Shown: in pieces, positions 11,771 to 25,984 of the stretch
Layout: every line of letters starts with the position of its first letter
How positions within the stretch are numbered: the first letter of the stretch is position 1
Translations under genes and position numbers: made by a program
DNA from: Saccostrea cucullata
Taxonomy: Eukaryota
DNA: 64,000 bases
Assembly (NCBI RefSeq): GCF_032062105.1
Contig: NW_026920298.1
Location: 62,001-126,000, forward strand
Direction: 5' to 3'
Notes under the pieces: generated by a model
Databases searched by the model: none
Seen by the model: the letters and a program-made list of their open reading frames with translations, nothing else
What the model was told of the DNA's origin: nothing

Positions 11771-12101
11771 TACCTGCGCAAGCGCAAAGCGTAAAATGAA
11801 CAATGTATTTGAAAAACGGTAATATTGTTATTTTTCTGACTTTTTATTGATTCTTGGAATATAAAGATATGTTAATGGTTTAGACAACATGCCATGATCA
11901 CCTTGCATGTGCATTCACGTGCGTTTGCGTGCAATGCGTTAAATGACTAAAAATTGATATCATTGTAAATTTTAAAATTCTTTCATGAAATCCTGTGATA
12001 CTGGGCATATTAAAATTTTTTTTAAAGGAAATTGGCACAAAAAGGGAGTTGGGGAGCGTTTGGGGAACATCTGTAACGGTCCCCGTTACAATTAGAACTA
12101 G
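11771..12101 (+). mobile_element. Helitron/Helentron-like non-autonomous element
   Basis: 3' hairpin TGTAACGG-TCC-CCGTTACA followed by ...CTAG|T, and an internal GCGT-type microsatellite. Its 5' end interrupts the duplicated block 11617-11770. Confidence 0.55.
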
Positions 12102-13739
12102 TCCTTGAATATATTTATGTCGGAAACAGTTAACTTAATACATGTATGAGTTAAAGCTATACCAGCCAACCAGGTTTTAAGCTTGCACTTTTTGTAAAAG
12201 AAGCATGCACGTAGAAGTATATTAATTTTTAAATTTTGTTTGAATGAGATGTACGTAGTGTATGATATTTTTCTTTTTTTAAACACAGAAAATGGTTGCT
12301 TTATTTATCTATTTTATTTCATTTATTTATTTAAGTTCACAAAGTATTTTGACTAAATTTGCCGGTAAAGTGTAACTTAAACAGAGTCTATTAAAAACTT
12401 TAATTTTCATAATTGATCAACCGCTTAAGCGGGGGCGTTCTTAATGTGAATAAATGAAAATAAAACCTTCTAGTCATTCACTTGCATTATGTAATGATTT
12501 TACCATAAGGGGAAACTCTTCATTACAAAAACAAATGCCGCGAGTGTTCATTAATAATTGAATTTTTGCAATATGGCGCAATAGCTACATGTTTATAGTA
12601 GGTATCAAAGAAAATGTACGAAGGGAGAGGGCTAAATAAGGCTTTGCCTGCTACCAAATCCCATTCACTTATCTGGGAATAAAATTTTGTATAAAGAAAA
12701 AAAAAGTGTACGAAAAAATCTCCTCAATGTTTTTCTTTGCAATAAAAATAATTCTGTTTGCTTTTACAGTGCAATAGATTTATATTTTATTGCTCTCTGC
12801 AAACTTCAAGTATCTCCATATACTTCAGAATATATTAAATTATATATGTATAGTAAAGAAGCAATATTTGGAAAAAATGACGCCATAAATGACACATTAA
12901 ACTAAGCTGTGGTCATGCTTGCCTTTGCTTGCATGATAAGAAGATAGTACAGTATACATTACCAAAACAGCTTGATTCTACGAGAAAAGAAAAATTAACT
13001 TACTGAATAAACTTATGATCGAGTAATCGCATAAGTGATCAGATATTATTACTGATATCTTTATCATTATATTGATGATATTTACAATAAATATTAGCCA
13101 TAGAAGATATCAACATCGTAAGGAAGAATAAATACCTCTATATTATACGAATTACATCTACCCTTGACTGATATTTTTTTGTTAACATACTGTTGGTGTT
13201 TAAGTAATAGCATTATATGTTGTAGGCGTCGGAACCAAATTGAAAGTGTAGTACGGTGGCTATTTGAAGGGGGGGGGCTAAACAAAAAGGTAAGCCCAAA
13301 TTTTTTATGCCTATATTATGTCTAATTGTCTATCTTTGCCAGAAACAGGGGGAGGGCTAAGCCCCCTTCCCCACCCACCTTAACGCTAACTCATGTCTTT
13401 GTTGCCTGGCATTCCCAACAAACTATACGGTGATTCCTCTTATTAACATTTATAGAAGTTATAGAATTGTAAGAAAGAATCGGCCACTGACGGCACACAC
13501 AAAGTCAGCCACACGAAATTGACATGTATAATACATATCCACTGGGCTGTCTTTACACTTGACGAAATTTACATTCAGGTGCAATTGTCAAGAAAATCAA
13601 CCCATCTAGCTTCCAAAGAGGTAATTCGGAGAAAACAACTAGAAATAATATAAGTATGTTCCCAAATACCAACTTGACATGAAAAAAATGTTTTCTTACC
13701 CTTTGATGGTTAGCAATTAATTTGTAAATAAGTAATTAC

Positions 13740-13929
13740 CGTGGTTATTGGCGGCTAATACTGAGGATGAATTAGTGGCGGGCTTTTTGTAGCTGGCGGA
13801 ACTCATCGTTAATCGTCTAACATTTTTCTCAGGCTGGAAGACTATGATGTACATTTTAGGCGTGAAGAGACACACAAGGGCTACGGTCGCACTGAGACTA
13901 ATGGAAATACACAATGTTGTGATCTGTAC
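13740..13929 (-). CDS. GRM3: mGluR coding exon 3 (TM7 + proximal C-terminal tail)
   Basis: Acceptor TCTCTTCCATTGTAG|GTA at 13930/13929. Reads VQITTLCISISLSATVALVCLFTPKMYIIVFQPEKNVRRL..., the mGluR TM7 signature. Donor CAC G|GTAATT at 13740/13739 (phase 1). Confidence 0.92.
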
Positions 13930-14159
13930 CTACAATGGAAGAGAGAAAAATGTTTTTAGAAAGTAAGCACACATGAAAGTTATTGCATTTGTAAGCTCAT
14001 CGTAGTAATTAATGACCTTAGAGTACTTATGTATAACAAAGGATTTCAATGTCTGTTATTTCGAAATTGGCATGTTTCACTAAGATAAGCAAATTGCAAA
14101 AATTCATTTGTACTTGTATCAAGTAATTCAAATATAAACGTTAAACGATTTCCCTAGAT

Positions 14160-15810
14160 ACACTGATATGGATGAGAATCAAGAATGCAATGAAGAGAGG
14201 CACATCATTTATATGAAAACATTCTTAAAATCTTTATACGACCGTTCCACACGATAAATTAAAGTAGAGACATTTTAAATCATCGACAGCTGATTTTTAA
14301 GTAAAAATTGAATTGGGTAATCTGCTTATCTTGTCATTGGTCATTTGCATAAGACTTTGTTAAAAATACAACATTCTGATTTACATTCAAGTACGATGAA
14401 GTTGATATTAAATATGTCTGAATTCATTATTGTAAATATATTTGTGGTTTTTGAAGACCAGGTCTTCTAATCTGTTGGAATTCCGACAGTTACTAGTTAC
14501 CCCCGTTATCAGCAGACATACTACTATTTACATGAAGCAGAATGTATTCAAAATCTTATACATGAGAAAAAGAAAACACTTCCTGGGGCCTTGAACTCGA
14601 CAATTAGATATATCGACGACGTATTATCAGTTCAAAAATATTATTACTTATTTCTATTTGTCTGTAAACACAATACATCTCAATGAATTTGAAATTAAAG
14701 ATACCACAGAGTGAGCCACATGTTATTCATAATTTGATATTTTACTAGAAAAAAAGACGAAGATGATAACGAACAAAGCTTAATGATAAATGTGATGACT
14801 TTAATTTTCAATCGTTGACTTCCCTAACTTATGCAGTGATCATTTCATGGTTCATGTTTTAAAGTCGATACATAAATCTTGCCAACAAATATAATATATC
14901 ATTAAGTCAAATGCTGGCTGACTTCTTTCATACTAATTATTAGGCTTTTATTTACAAACTATATTGTCAAAGGATTCTCCTTTTATCTCCAGATCATGAC
15001 AAGGAACATTCGGCAGGTGTGACCGGTCGTCTGGTGAAGCTCACTCCTCCATGGCACCTGATCCAACCCTTGATGTTTTTGAGGTCCGTGTTTGCTCTGC
15101 TCCTGATTTGTATCTTAATGGACTTTTATGCTTGAATAATGTTCATTATCTCCATGATACCACATAGTCTGACACATCTGTTTCATACTTGAATGTTTAC
15201 TTGAAAAAGACGTTAATGGTAATCTAACAACCAAGCTATGTGATAAACGTGATGACTTTAACTTTTCTATCGTCAATTCCCTTATTTATGCAGCAATATA
15301 CAATCATCACCTGCATATGGAGTATATATATCTCAGTTGATTCGATACGTAAGAGCATCCTCTACCTAATATGAACAATTTCTAAAACGAGGTAAATTGA
15401 CAAGCAAGTTGATGAAACAAGAATATCAGCAGTCTCGTTTAAAGTCATCATTTCGTAAGTTCTGTGGTCGATACAATGACCCTGTCAGCAAATACAATTT
15501 ATCATTGAGTCAAATGCTGACTGACGTTTTACATACTAATTGTTAGTTCATTATTTATACACTGAATTGACGACGGATTTTTCCGTTATTTTCCGATCAT
15601 GACAAGGAGCACACGGCGGGTGTGACCGGTCAGCAGGGATGCTCACTCCTCCATGGCACCTGATCCTACCTCCGATGTTTAGGAGATCCGTGTTTGCTCT
15701 GCTCCTAATTTGTATTGTTTTATGGACTTTGAGATTGAATACTGTTCGTTATCTCCATATCCTTCTCCATGCATTGAATGCTGTTCATTATCTTCATATA
15801 TTTCATTCAT
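14160..15810 (+). mobile_element. Penelope-like element, two copies in tandem plus a short terminal duplication
   Basis: Decayed RT motifs LYTTVPHDKLK, VFEDQVF..VGIP and YIDDVLS. The first 3' end is near 15160. The second copy ends ...DVLHTNC* (TAG 15544-15546) followed by the 3' UTR to about 15770. Confidence 0.8.
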
Positions 15811-17424
15811 TAGATAACGAATAAAAAATTAGTTAAAGTATTATTGATGGTTAGCTTATCAAAAATTACATGTAGTAAAATGTTGCCAATATCTTGCACT
15901 TTTTTGTTAGGTGTATGTATTGTAAGGGTGCAATGATCTTCTGTAAAGGGGGAAAATCTCACCATATAACTTGTAAAAATTGCCTTGTGAAAGGTTTGTT
16001 AAAATTGAATGCGCCTTCTTATTATATTAGAAATCGTATTGAGAATCAGAGACGTTATAACAAAATTGTATATGAGTTAACAGAAAGTCGGCGAGCAGAT
16101 ATTTGTTATTCCAAATTTTAACGGCCTTAACTAAATATATATGAAGAACACCAGGGTGCATCTTTGAAGTTGTCCGATGTAATGGTGTTTAAAGAAAATT
16201 GGTTCGTCTTATGTGTTGCAAATAAATTCTACATTCACTTGTAGAAGATTCGTGTACATTCTATCTAAATCCCACACGCAATACTACTTGGAGGAACATA
16301 GGACCTTGAATCTTGTCTTCCCTGATTTAATTAAAAGATACGTGTAATCAATTTTCAGACCTCCCAACCAATACTAATTCATGAAAAAGGTCAGCTAGAG
16401 AAGATCAACCATAATTGTGAATGTTAAAATCCTTTCCCCTCTTTTATGAACGCAATCATGCAATATTTAGTCCAGTATGTCTAAAATGTTACATCATTAC
16501 GAGAAAAATCACTCTATTTTTTAACGATAAAACTCGCATTTAAAATAACATCAGTTCCAAAAAGGAAATTATATTAATAAACAAGATGCCTTTTCCAACA
16601 TTCCGTCAAATTTTATTTGAAAATGGTGCACAGCAAATGAATTGGGAATGTTTTTATTTTACATGTAGTATCAAACTCTAAATCGATAACAAAACATCGT
16701 GAATATAAGAATTAAGGTTTTATTTAACAAGAAACAACGCGGTAACAATCAATGACACGCGATTTCCATTTCCCAGCTTCTGACTTAAAACAGGAAGTGA
16801 TTCCGCGCCGTAAAAAACATTACGCTGTACTAAGTGCTGCGGATGGTTGAAGTTAATTCTATTTACAAGGGAAAAGACGATCTAGAGATCCCCTGTCATT
16901 TTGAGACCACTCTGGAATTCTCGATGTTCGAAAAGCATTGATGTTATACTCAACAAGTATTGAAGGTGCTATATTTGCGCAATGCCCTTAAATGTTCGTA
17001 CAAAAATACATTCCAGACAATGTCAAGGTTTTGTGATATTGCTCCTTTTCAGGAACAATATCATGAAACCTTGAGTATATGAATATGTGATATTTCTGAC
17101 TATACAATTTTTTGAAATGATATGCAAGATTGTGTAATGCAAAAAATGTCTAGTTCGAACACCACTCGTTCCATGAAAGATGGCAGGGTTACGTCATTAA
17201 TTCAAACGAAAGGGAATTAACAAAAGGGACTTAAAAGTAACACAGTAATAGGCAAGATTTTGGCAAGAATAAAGAACATCCTAATAAAACAAGTTTCATT
17301 GTTTACACGAAAACAACACATATCAAAGAATGCAAATCTTGTCAAACAAGTTCATTTTTATTAATAATAAAATGGCAATTTACACTGACTTGGCATCAAA
17401 ACTATGGTCTAAATTTGATAATGT

Positions 17425-17426
<2 letters not shown>

Positions 17427-17471
<45 letters not shown>
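17427..17471. repeat. (CT)n microsatellite
   Basis: About 22 CT units. A shorter (GA)n lies at about 18262-18281. Confidence 0.95.
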
Positions 17472-17475
<4 letters not shown>

Positions 17476-18455
17476 CAGAACTGGATTATATAGTCACAAA
17501 ACAAAATACGAATTTAGGTTTACTATGTACAGTATATATTAATTCAGATGAACAAAGATTTGATCAGTTCTATTCGCTGAAAACCAGATCACATGTTTTA
17601 TTTTGACTTAAAAAAAACATTTTAATGAGATTAATTATACTTACGGGACATTAAAAGTGAATTTTTTAAATTGTTTGTTTTGATGTTGTTCGCTGATGAA
17701 AAAATGGTAGATTAAAAATATGGAAAAGAATATTTTTAAAAAAATCCCTAAATACTATAGTTACGATTATCATAAAAAAAAAAATGAAAAGTTTATAGTC
17801 TACGTTGATTAACATCGATTTCGGTCATCAATCATTTTTCTGTTACTTTGTTTTTATATAAATATAAAACTAAAATTTTACAAGAGCTTAAAAGTATATA
17901 CCCTATTTTATCTAACGTTTTCTAACATTTTCAAAAATTTATTTTACATTATTTTTCCTGATTTTGTCGTTTTTGAATCAGATTTAATGGGAAAAAAGTG
18001 TTTGAGGTTAACACATCCACTTGTGAATAAAAAAATCTTGTTGATTAAGTAGTTTTTACCCCAAAATTTCACAAGAAAAGCATTTATGAAAGATTTTATG
18101 TGATGTTAAAAATGAATGAAGCTACTAATGCACAATGTTTGTTTTTATTCATGAGGACAGATATATTGCGTGATGTTTAATCTGGATTTTTTTTTTATTG
18201 ATCTTATAGCCAAATCAATGACAAAGAAATCAAATTTAGTTTAGCATAAGAAAAATTGTTTGAGAGAGAGAGAGAGAGAGAGTTATCTTTGCCATTTTTC
18301 ATTATTAAAATTGACTTGAAAAATATTTCTTTGAAGATATATAGATAATAGTTTGAATTAAAATGAAGTTGTTTTGAAATAGACTCTAAGTTTAACAGTG
18401 CTTTGTATACCTTTAAAGGAAAGAGACAGAAATGTCATCAAAAATGCAACTACAA

Positions 18456-18770
18456 TGAAATATATAGAGATAACAAACAGTATTCCAGATGAAAAGTCCA
18501 TAAAACTATCCAAAAATAGGAGCAGACCTCCAAAACATCAGAGGTGGGATCAGGTGCCATGGAGGACTTATCATCCCCTGCCGACCGGTCACACCCGCCG
18601 TGTGCTCCTTGTCATGATCGGGTAATAACGGAAAAATCCGCCGTCAAATCAGTGTATAAATAATGGACTAACAATTGATATGAAAAGTGTCAGTCAGCAT
18701 TTGACTCAATGGTAAATTGTATTTGCTGAAAAGGTCATTGTATCGACCATAGAAATTACGAAATGATGAA
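18456..18770 (-). mobile_element. Penelope-like element 3' fragment
   Basis: Reverse complement of the conserved 3' UTR and ORF end. Confidence 0.8.
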
Positions 18771-20621
18771 AATGTAAGAGATAAACTGGCGATTTTACAA
18801 ATAATAGTTAACAGATTCTATCCGTAAATCAGTTATGCAAAAATAAAGACATAACGTCACACAAAACAGTGAAATCAAACTCGTAATATTCCATTATCAA
18901 AAGGAAATGTTAATGGCGAAATATTATTGTTGTAATGGCACTACAAGTGCAAATTTGAGATGACAGAAGGGTAATAAAATTCACAAATCTGTCATAATGA
19001 CACACAATTATTAGGAAAGAGGAAAAACAAAATTACGAAAACCTCAATAACAGAACACCGTCGCTGGCACTGCTATTAGTTTTTTTAGCAGATATATTCG
19101 GATTGGGTGAGTTGAATTTCGCGTATATATCAATAAAAGGAAGGAGTTTTATTGATATCAATAAGTAATAAAGTTATACAAGAAACATATTTGGAGCTTT
19201 TTTGTAATCCTTCGATAGCATTATTATACAGATACATATAAATGAGTGAACAAAACTATTATCTCCTTCACAAATGCTTTAAATATCAGTTACAAGAACT
19301 GGAGGACTCAAATCTTCATGAAAATAAGAGAAGTTGCAGAGGAGCATTAACAATTTCACACTGAAAAGTTTCGAATTTAAGAACACGCGATGCCAATGGA
19401 ATCAGCTATTTCCATGGACATCGCTTGTTATTAAATTCAAAACTTTTTTAGCTTGATATATTTTATGCTTCTCTATGATATCTTTTCTTTTCATGAATTG
19501 GCCAATCTATCAATTTTCTATCACCCACAAAATGACAATTTAGTAACCAGAAATTATATTTGGGTAAACCTTGCGTCATTTTTGTTAAAAAAAAAACAGA
19601 CAAAAAGAAAAGAATATGCCATATGTATTATAAATATAATAGTCATATAACATTTACTATCTGATTAAGGCTTCTACAAACATGTGACATGTACATGTTT
19701 TGCAAATATTTTGTAGATGACAATGGATTAAAAGAGCAATGCATTTAGATGAGAGTAAGAGGAAATAAGATTATCGTAAGAATATTGGGTTTTAAAATGT
19801 CACGCCACCGCGGTACATGATAGAAAGCAGAAAATTGGAGCACTGTGAAATCTTGACGCTGAAAAAGAAGATTTAATGAAAAATTGATCATCATTAAGTA
19901 ATCAGAGAGAAGGATTAGCTTTCTACAATTTGACACCTCCCCTAATCTTAAGGACGCTTCACTCCAGGCAATGCGGAAAATCAATGAAGACAATCGCCGA
20001 AGGGGAAAAGTGAGTGCATTGAAGAACACGGAGCATTTTCAAATTTACAACGAAAACACAGATTTCATGATCAATTCCTTTATATCAAACACTGTAAAAG
20101 GACTTAAGTGATAATAAGCAACCCAGGGACATGAGTACAAGTTATAAAGTACACGTTTCTTCATGAAACTTCTAGATATATTGCACAACTATAAAACGCT
20201 ATCCAGTGGTTTTTCTAAAAATTGTAAATTTATTGTAAAGAGGATTTTATTTTGCAAGATTTTTGAAGAAACGTCCTTTTAATTTTCCACTGGTGAAATT
20301 CTAAACCTTATTTATAAATAAATTTACTAGATAATCCCATTCCAAGACTCTAATATATGTACACCACTGCGAAACATGTAAGAGGAGTTAGGTACATGTA
20401 AAAGGTTTCTGTGGAACAAATTATCTTTTACGATCCTCCATCACCCCCTGAATGAAGACCGAAATTAATCATCCCTTTTGCACATCTGCATGTACAAGAC
20501 ACCACTAATCATATTCTAAAGGATGGTGTGGTTTTAACAACTCTCTGAACTCCTCTTACATTTTCATAGAAGCTTATTCATTTGTAATATGATTGGAAGT
20601 GTCCTGCACATAGATAAGCAA

Positions 20622-21575
20622 TGAAATATATGGAGATAAGGAACAGTATTCAGGCTCAAAAGTCCATAAAACAATACAAAATAGGAGCAGAGCAAACACG
20701 GAACTCCAAAACATCAGAGGTGGGATCAGGTGCCATGGAGGAGTGAGCAACTCCTCCCGACCGGTCACACCCGCCGTGTGCTCCTTGTCATAATCGGGAA
20801 ATAGCGGAAAATCCGTCGACAATTCAGTCTTTAAACAATGAACAAACGATTGGTATAAAAAAGTCAGTCAGCATTTGACTATATGATAAAGTGTACATCT
20901 ATTTGCTGACAAAGTCATTGTATAAAAAAAACCATAGAACTTACGAATGATGACTTTGAACGAGACTGCTGATATTCTTGTTTCATCAAATTGTTTGTGA
21001 ATAATTTACCTCGTTTTAGAAATTGTACATACGTATAGTAAGCATTTGCGTACCTGCAGATGAAGACCTATATTGCTGCATAAGTAAGGGAAGTTGACGA
21101 TAAAAATGTTTAAGTCATCACGTTTATCATTGAGCCTGGTTGTTAGATTGCCATTAACATCTTTTTTCAAAGTAAGATGTGTCAGATAAAAGTATCTTAT
21201 ATCTCAAGCTCACCGGTATATATCGTATCGTCATAAGAATGGAAATAGGACATGGACAATACGTCGTCGATATATCTAAATGTCGAGTTGAAGGCCACAG
21301 CAAGTGTTTTCTTCTTTTTACATATAAGATTTTGGACAAATTCTGTGTCATATAAATAAAAAAAAATTGGTCTGCTAATAACAGGGCGCTATTGGTACCC
21401 ATAGGTATTTAAATAACTTGTTGGAAAACCTGGTCTCCAAAAACCACATAGATAATGTCAATCAGAAACTGAAGCATCTTTTTGATGCCAACTTCAGAGT
21501 AGTTGTGTGAACAATCAGAATGTTCTTTCACAAAATAATTTTTTCAAATGGACAACTGACAAAGTAAGTAAATTT
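20622..21575 (-). mobile_element. Penelope-like element, 5'-truncated, with RT motifs B and C
   Basis: IPMGTNSALL and frameshifted RYIDDVLS on the minus strand, plus the full 3' UTR. Confidence 0.82.
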
Positions 21576-24221
21576 TCAAATTCGGAATTTCGATTTTCAA
21601 CATGGTTACAAAGTTGGTCAAAAACGAGGCTTTTCTAGGGACGATTTCGAGTTGAAGTTTTTCAAAATTTCGCACATTTGTATTCAACTTCGCTAATCAA
21701 ATGTTTCTGATCCGCTATACTCCTTTCAAACCCTTGGGCTATCGTATTCTTTTAAGGATAAATAACTTAAACTTTTTTTTTAGAAATCAGCAATATTTCT
21801 AATAGATTTACATTAAAATTGGTAACCTGAATAATGTTTACTAAGTATAGTGGGAGAATTTTATCAGATTTTATCATAAGGTTAAAATATTGTGCAAAAT
21901 TTTGTATGGAATTATATAGAAAGCAAAACAAAGTCTCATATCTAAGCACTCAGGAAAACCTACGATTTTTGATATTTCAGTGATTTATTATTTATGTCAT
22001 TTCAAATCAAAATTATTCAAAAAATGTATATCAATCCATGCATTAATTTTTTGTTTGTGTTAAGTACCCTACACTCGGAACATTGTTAATTACGTTATGT
22101 GATCTTAATTTTTTTCCTCATGCATACAGCTTGCGCAAGTGTTTGTAGAATAAGTAAAGGTTTTTCTGTGAATTGTATTTGATGTTTAAATCACAAGTTT
22201 CTTCCCAATATGCATATTTTAATTTTAACACACATTTAAAAAACAATCAACAAAGCTGTTGTAATCATTCTGAAATATGCTGATATATATATAGGTTTTA
22301 CAGGATTTATCAAACAAAGGCAGTTGATGTCCGACAAAAGTTGATGGATTTATATCTTATTTCATATGCACTCAATAGTATTCCGTTTAATCAAAATGGA
22401 AATAAATGTACATAAATCAGTGTATCTAGCTGATTGATTCTTCTTAGTTTTGTGGGCCCTTTATACAGAATGGCATACATTGAGTAATAGATCTGCGTAG
22501 TTCTAAAACAGTTATCAGAACCCAAACCTTAGATAGCAAGATATCCTAACTTTCTTTAGAAAAGATAAACATGAAAAAGAATGGTTGGTGACCAAAGTTA
22601 CTATGAAACTAAACATTCTAGAGTGAAATTTGGAGATAGAATAAAACATTATTGCTGCATCCACCTCCTTAATCTCTTCAATGATACAGTACACTAAAGC
22701 ATAAAAAAGAAAAGTTGTTGTTTTTTTTTTTAAACTAGCTGTGCCACAATGACGATATTTTTGAAATGAAATAAAATTATCTCAAATCATACGAAAATAG
22801 AAATAGAAATAATGCAGTTTTGCAAAGTGAGAAATACTCTTTTGTATATTCTCCCAGACTGATAGGTCTCATTAACAAGGAGGTGTGAAAAAAATATTTA
22901 AAAGGATACGTAAATAAACACTGTTTGCTATTGTATAGAAAAACGCTGAGTACACACAGAGCTGGGATGAGCATATGCATCCTCTAATACAGATACCAAG
23001 TTATTGCAATAATTGTCAACATCCTTAATCACCTTTAAATTTAATGCAGGTCTTTGTGCTCAGTACAAAAGATTATTCTTTCAATAATTTAGCTTACAGT
23101 ACGACAATAAGTCGTCATTACGTCATTTCATGTTCGTTATCTACTACTGGATGTCTATCTCCTGTGAAACATTTGAGGTACATGCAATTCTTATGTCGAG
23201 CATTGATAGAAAGATATGAAGACTTTCTTTTTTTCAATCTAAGGCCATGGTGCCTTTTGTGTAAACTACATAATTTGATATATCAGCAATATATTTACCA
23301 TAATATGTACATAATGTACCAGTATGTGCGAGTTTAATCAATCTTATCAAATCCAAAATTTTATGAAATTAATTACAAAAAATTCGGGATATTTCAATTA
23401 ATAATGAAAATGTTTTTTTTACTTTAAATCAGAGAACTGTGAATCAGGCCCTTCCGAACTAGTTTCAAGTGTGGGGCTCAGGAACAACCCAATATTGTCA
23501 ATTAAAGTGTATTAAAGCATTACAACACCCAAGCAAATTAAATATAATTCATTAACAACCTATAAAGGAAGGGGAAAGGGATCATACCTATAATAGAAGA
23601 GGTACATCCATTAAATAGCTTTCTTAGTAGAGTATGTATCGGCAAAGTATCAACTTCTCCCTAGTGTCCCTGGTTTTTATGTACATATTGATATTTGCAA
23701 CATCAAAAACATCAAACTTGCTTAAAAAATAAATATGTGCTTACATTTATTTATCCTTAACAAATGATCACAGACACACATCTGCTCTTTTCTTAGTGTT
23801 AGTTGACTTAGATTAAAATTAACAGAGTAAAAGATGCAAATTATACTTCCTCGGATTTTAGATATGCATTATGGTTTTGGCAAATTCCATTTAAAAGATT
23901 CATTTTAAATGGTTATATCACACAGATTGTGGTTTTCCCGTTATGCTTATGATACCCAAACGACAATCATTATCATTTTTATGCATTAATTTTGAACGTT
24001 AAAGAGAAACTATTTCAAAATGTAAAAGAAAAAATCTGAAAAATATGCTAAAACACCTCAATTTATTTTGATCTTAATTCTAAAGCTAAAAATCTTTTTC
24101 AGCCAAATCTTGTACATATCATTTACGGTGGTGCCAATAGGTTGTAAGACATTTGTAGTTCGGTCAATCATTGTATGAAAAATTGCGATAAGGAACAGTG
24201 ATTAGGCTTAGAACTCTATTG

Positions 24222-24570
24222 AATGAAATATATGGAAATACATGAAGAACAGTATTCAAGCTCAAAAGCCATAAAACAATTACATATCAAGAGCAGAGCA
24301 AATACGGGCCTCTAAAACATTAGAAGTTGGATAAGGTGCCAAGGAGAACTGAGCATCCCCTGTCGACCGGTCACATTGCTGTGTGATCCTAATCATGATT
24401 GGGAAATAACGGAAAAATCCGTCGATATTTCGGTGTGTAAATAATTGCCTGACGATTAATATGGAAAAAGTCGCTCGGCGTTTTACTTAATGATAGATTG
24501 TATTTCCTGAGAAGATCATTGTATCGACCATAGACATACACAATGATAATGTTAAACGAGACTGTTGAAA
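24222..24570 (-). mobile_element. Penelope-like element 3' fragment
   Basis: YGRYNDLLRKYNLSLS followed by the 3' UTR motif. Confidence 0.75.
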
Positions 24571-25984
24571 CAATGCAGTTTGGGAAGAGAGTGAGCACAG
24601 AATCTGAAACATGTCGAGTAAACGTAGAGAAGTGGCACTTATAGAGAAATTCAGTTTCATTTTGTTAATTAGTATATTTCGTTTTTCTCTTTTTTTCTTT
24701 GTTTTATGTCAATGTTATCATTGTTTCATGGCGTTTGTATTTTGTTGTTGGGTGTTTTCTATATGGTGGCATTAACAAGTAAATAGAAAAGAATTTTGTC
24801 AATTTTTTAAATTTAAGTGGGTCTGAAGACAGCTACTTTAAAAGCCTTACATGCTTATTTACAGAAAAAATCGCTTTGGTAAATGTGTCGTTCAGTATAA
24901 AATTTAACAATAAAAGTAACTTAGAATTAGTTTACTGTCCAATATCATTCCTCTACATGGTATACATGTATGTTCTACTCTAATTTTTGTAACTCTACCA
25001 TTTGCTACAATGTTTTAATAATATTCTATTGAAGATTTAAAGATTGCAAACTGAAATTGAAAAACGCTTATTTTAATAGAATGAAAAATTACTGTATTAG
25101 TTCGCGTTGAAGCACAGTCATAATGATAGAACTGGAGAAAACGGAAATAGCAGTAAACATCCGAACTAATGAGCGCCTTTTTTAATCATAGGTCAAAAAA
25201 ACAATTTGACATGCGCACAAAAAGCTATTTTTGAAGAAGGAACTTCACTCGTAAACTAAAAGACGTAAAGTTCAACTCATAATAAACTTTAAGCCGAATT
25301 ACAGAGAAAGAGAGATGAAACAGATAGTGTTTGAGATTCTCATTACGAATTAAGTATCTCATAAAATAAAGATAAACATCGAGGCGGAATCATAACCGTT
25401 GCATGTTATTACAGGATTTTATAGAGAAGACTCCATTAGATACATTATATCACGGATCAAATGAGACTGCTTCGTCATGTGTAAATCAATTACATGAAAA
25501 TTTACGAGGGCTATACCCTTAAATTACAAAGTCTAAAGAAGCAAAAAAGCGAGGTTTTATGTATATCGAAAAGAATTGTTCTTACTTATAGCTCGTTTTC
25601 TAAGAAACTTAATGAGACAGAAGCATTATGATTAGATTGTTTAACAAGGATATATGTTCGTCAAATTTATGCATAATTTCTTGCTTCACACGCCATGGAA
25701 TTTTTGCATGGGAATCAGTTGAATAACAAACACAAAATACATATATGAATATGCTATTGAAAAAATATATTTATTTTCAGCAACACTTGGTGAAGTATCC
25801 CCGCAAGTAAAATTTGGGTGTCAAGAATAAGAACTTTTTCCAAAATCTCAAAAACATTTTCAAAAAAAAATCTTTCCTGGTTTTAGTATAAATAGGGTAA
25901 GAGAAAACAATGATATGTATCTTATACCTATCCACAAGAAAACAATAGACTTGATATAATGCTACACCTATAGATATCAATAGT

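Noticed and set aside
15655-15695. Hammerhead, HDV-like ribozyme or SECIS call for the repeat 3' motif
   Set aside because: It has CUGAU but not CUGANGA or GAAA. It lacks the HDV P1.1 GG and catalytic J4/2, and no AUGA..AA..GA SECIS geometry is present.
15639-15824. Recurrent small ORFs MLTPPWHLIPP... and ...HQRWDQVPWR...
   Set aside because: Translations of the non-coding 3' UTR of the Penelope-like repeat; frames are not preserved between copies.
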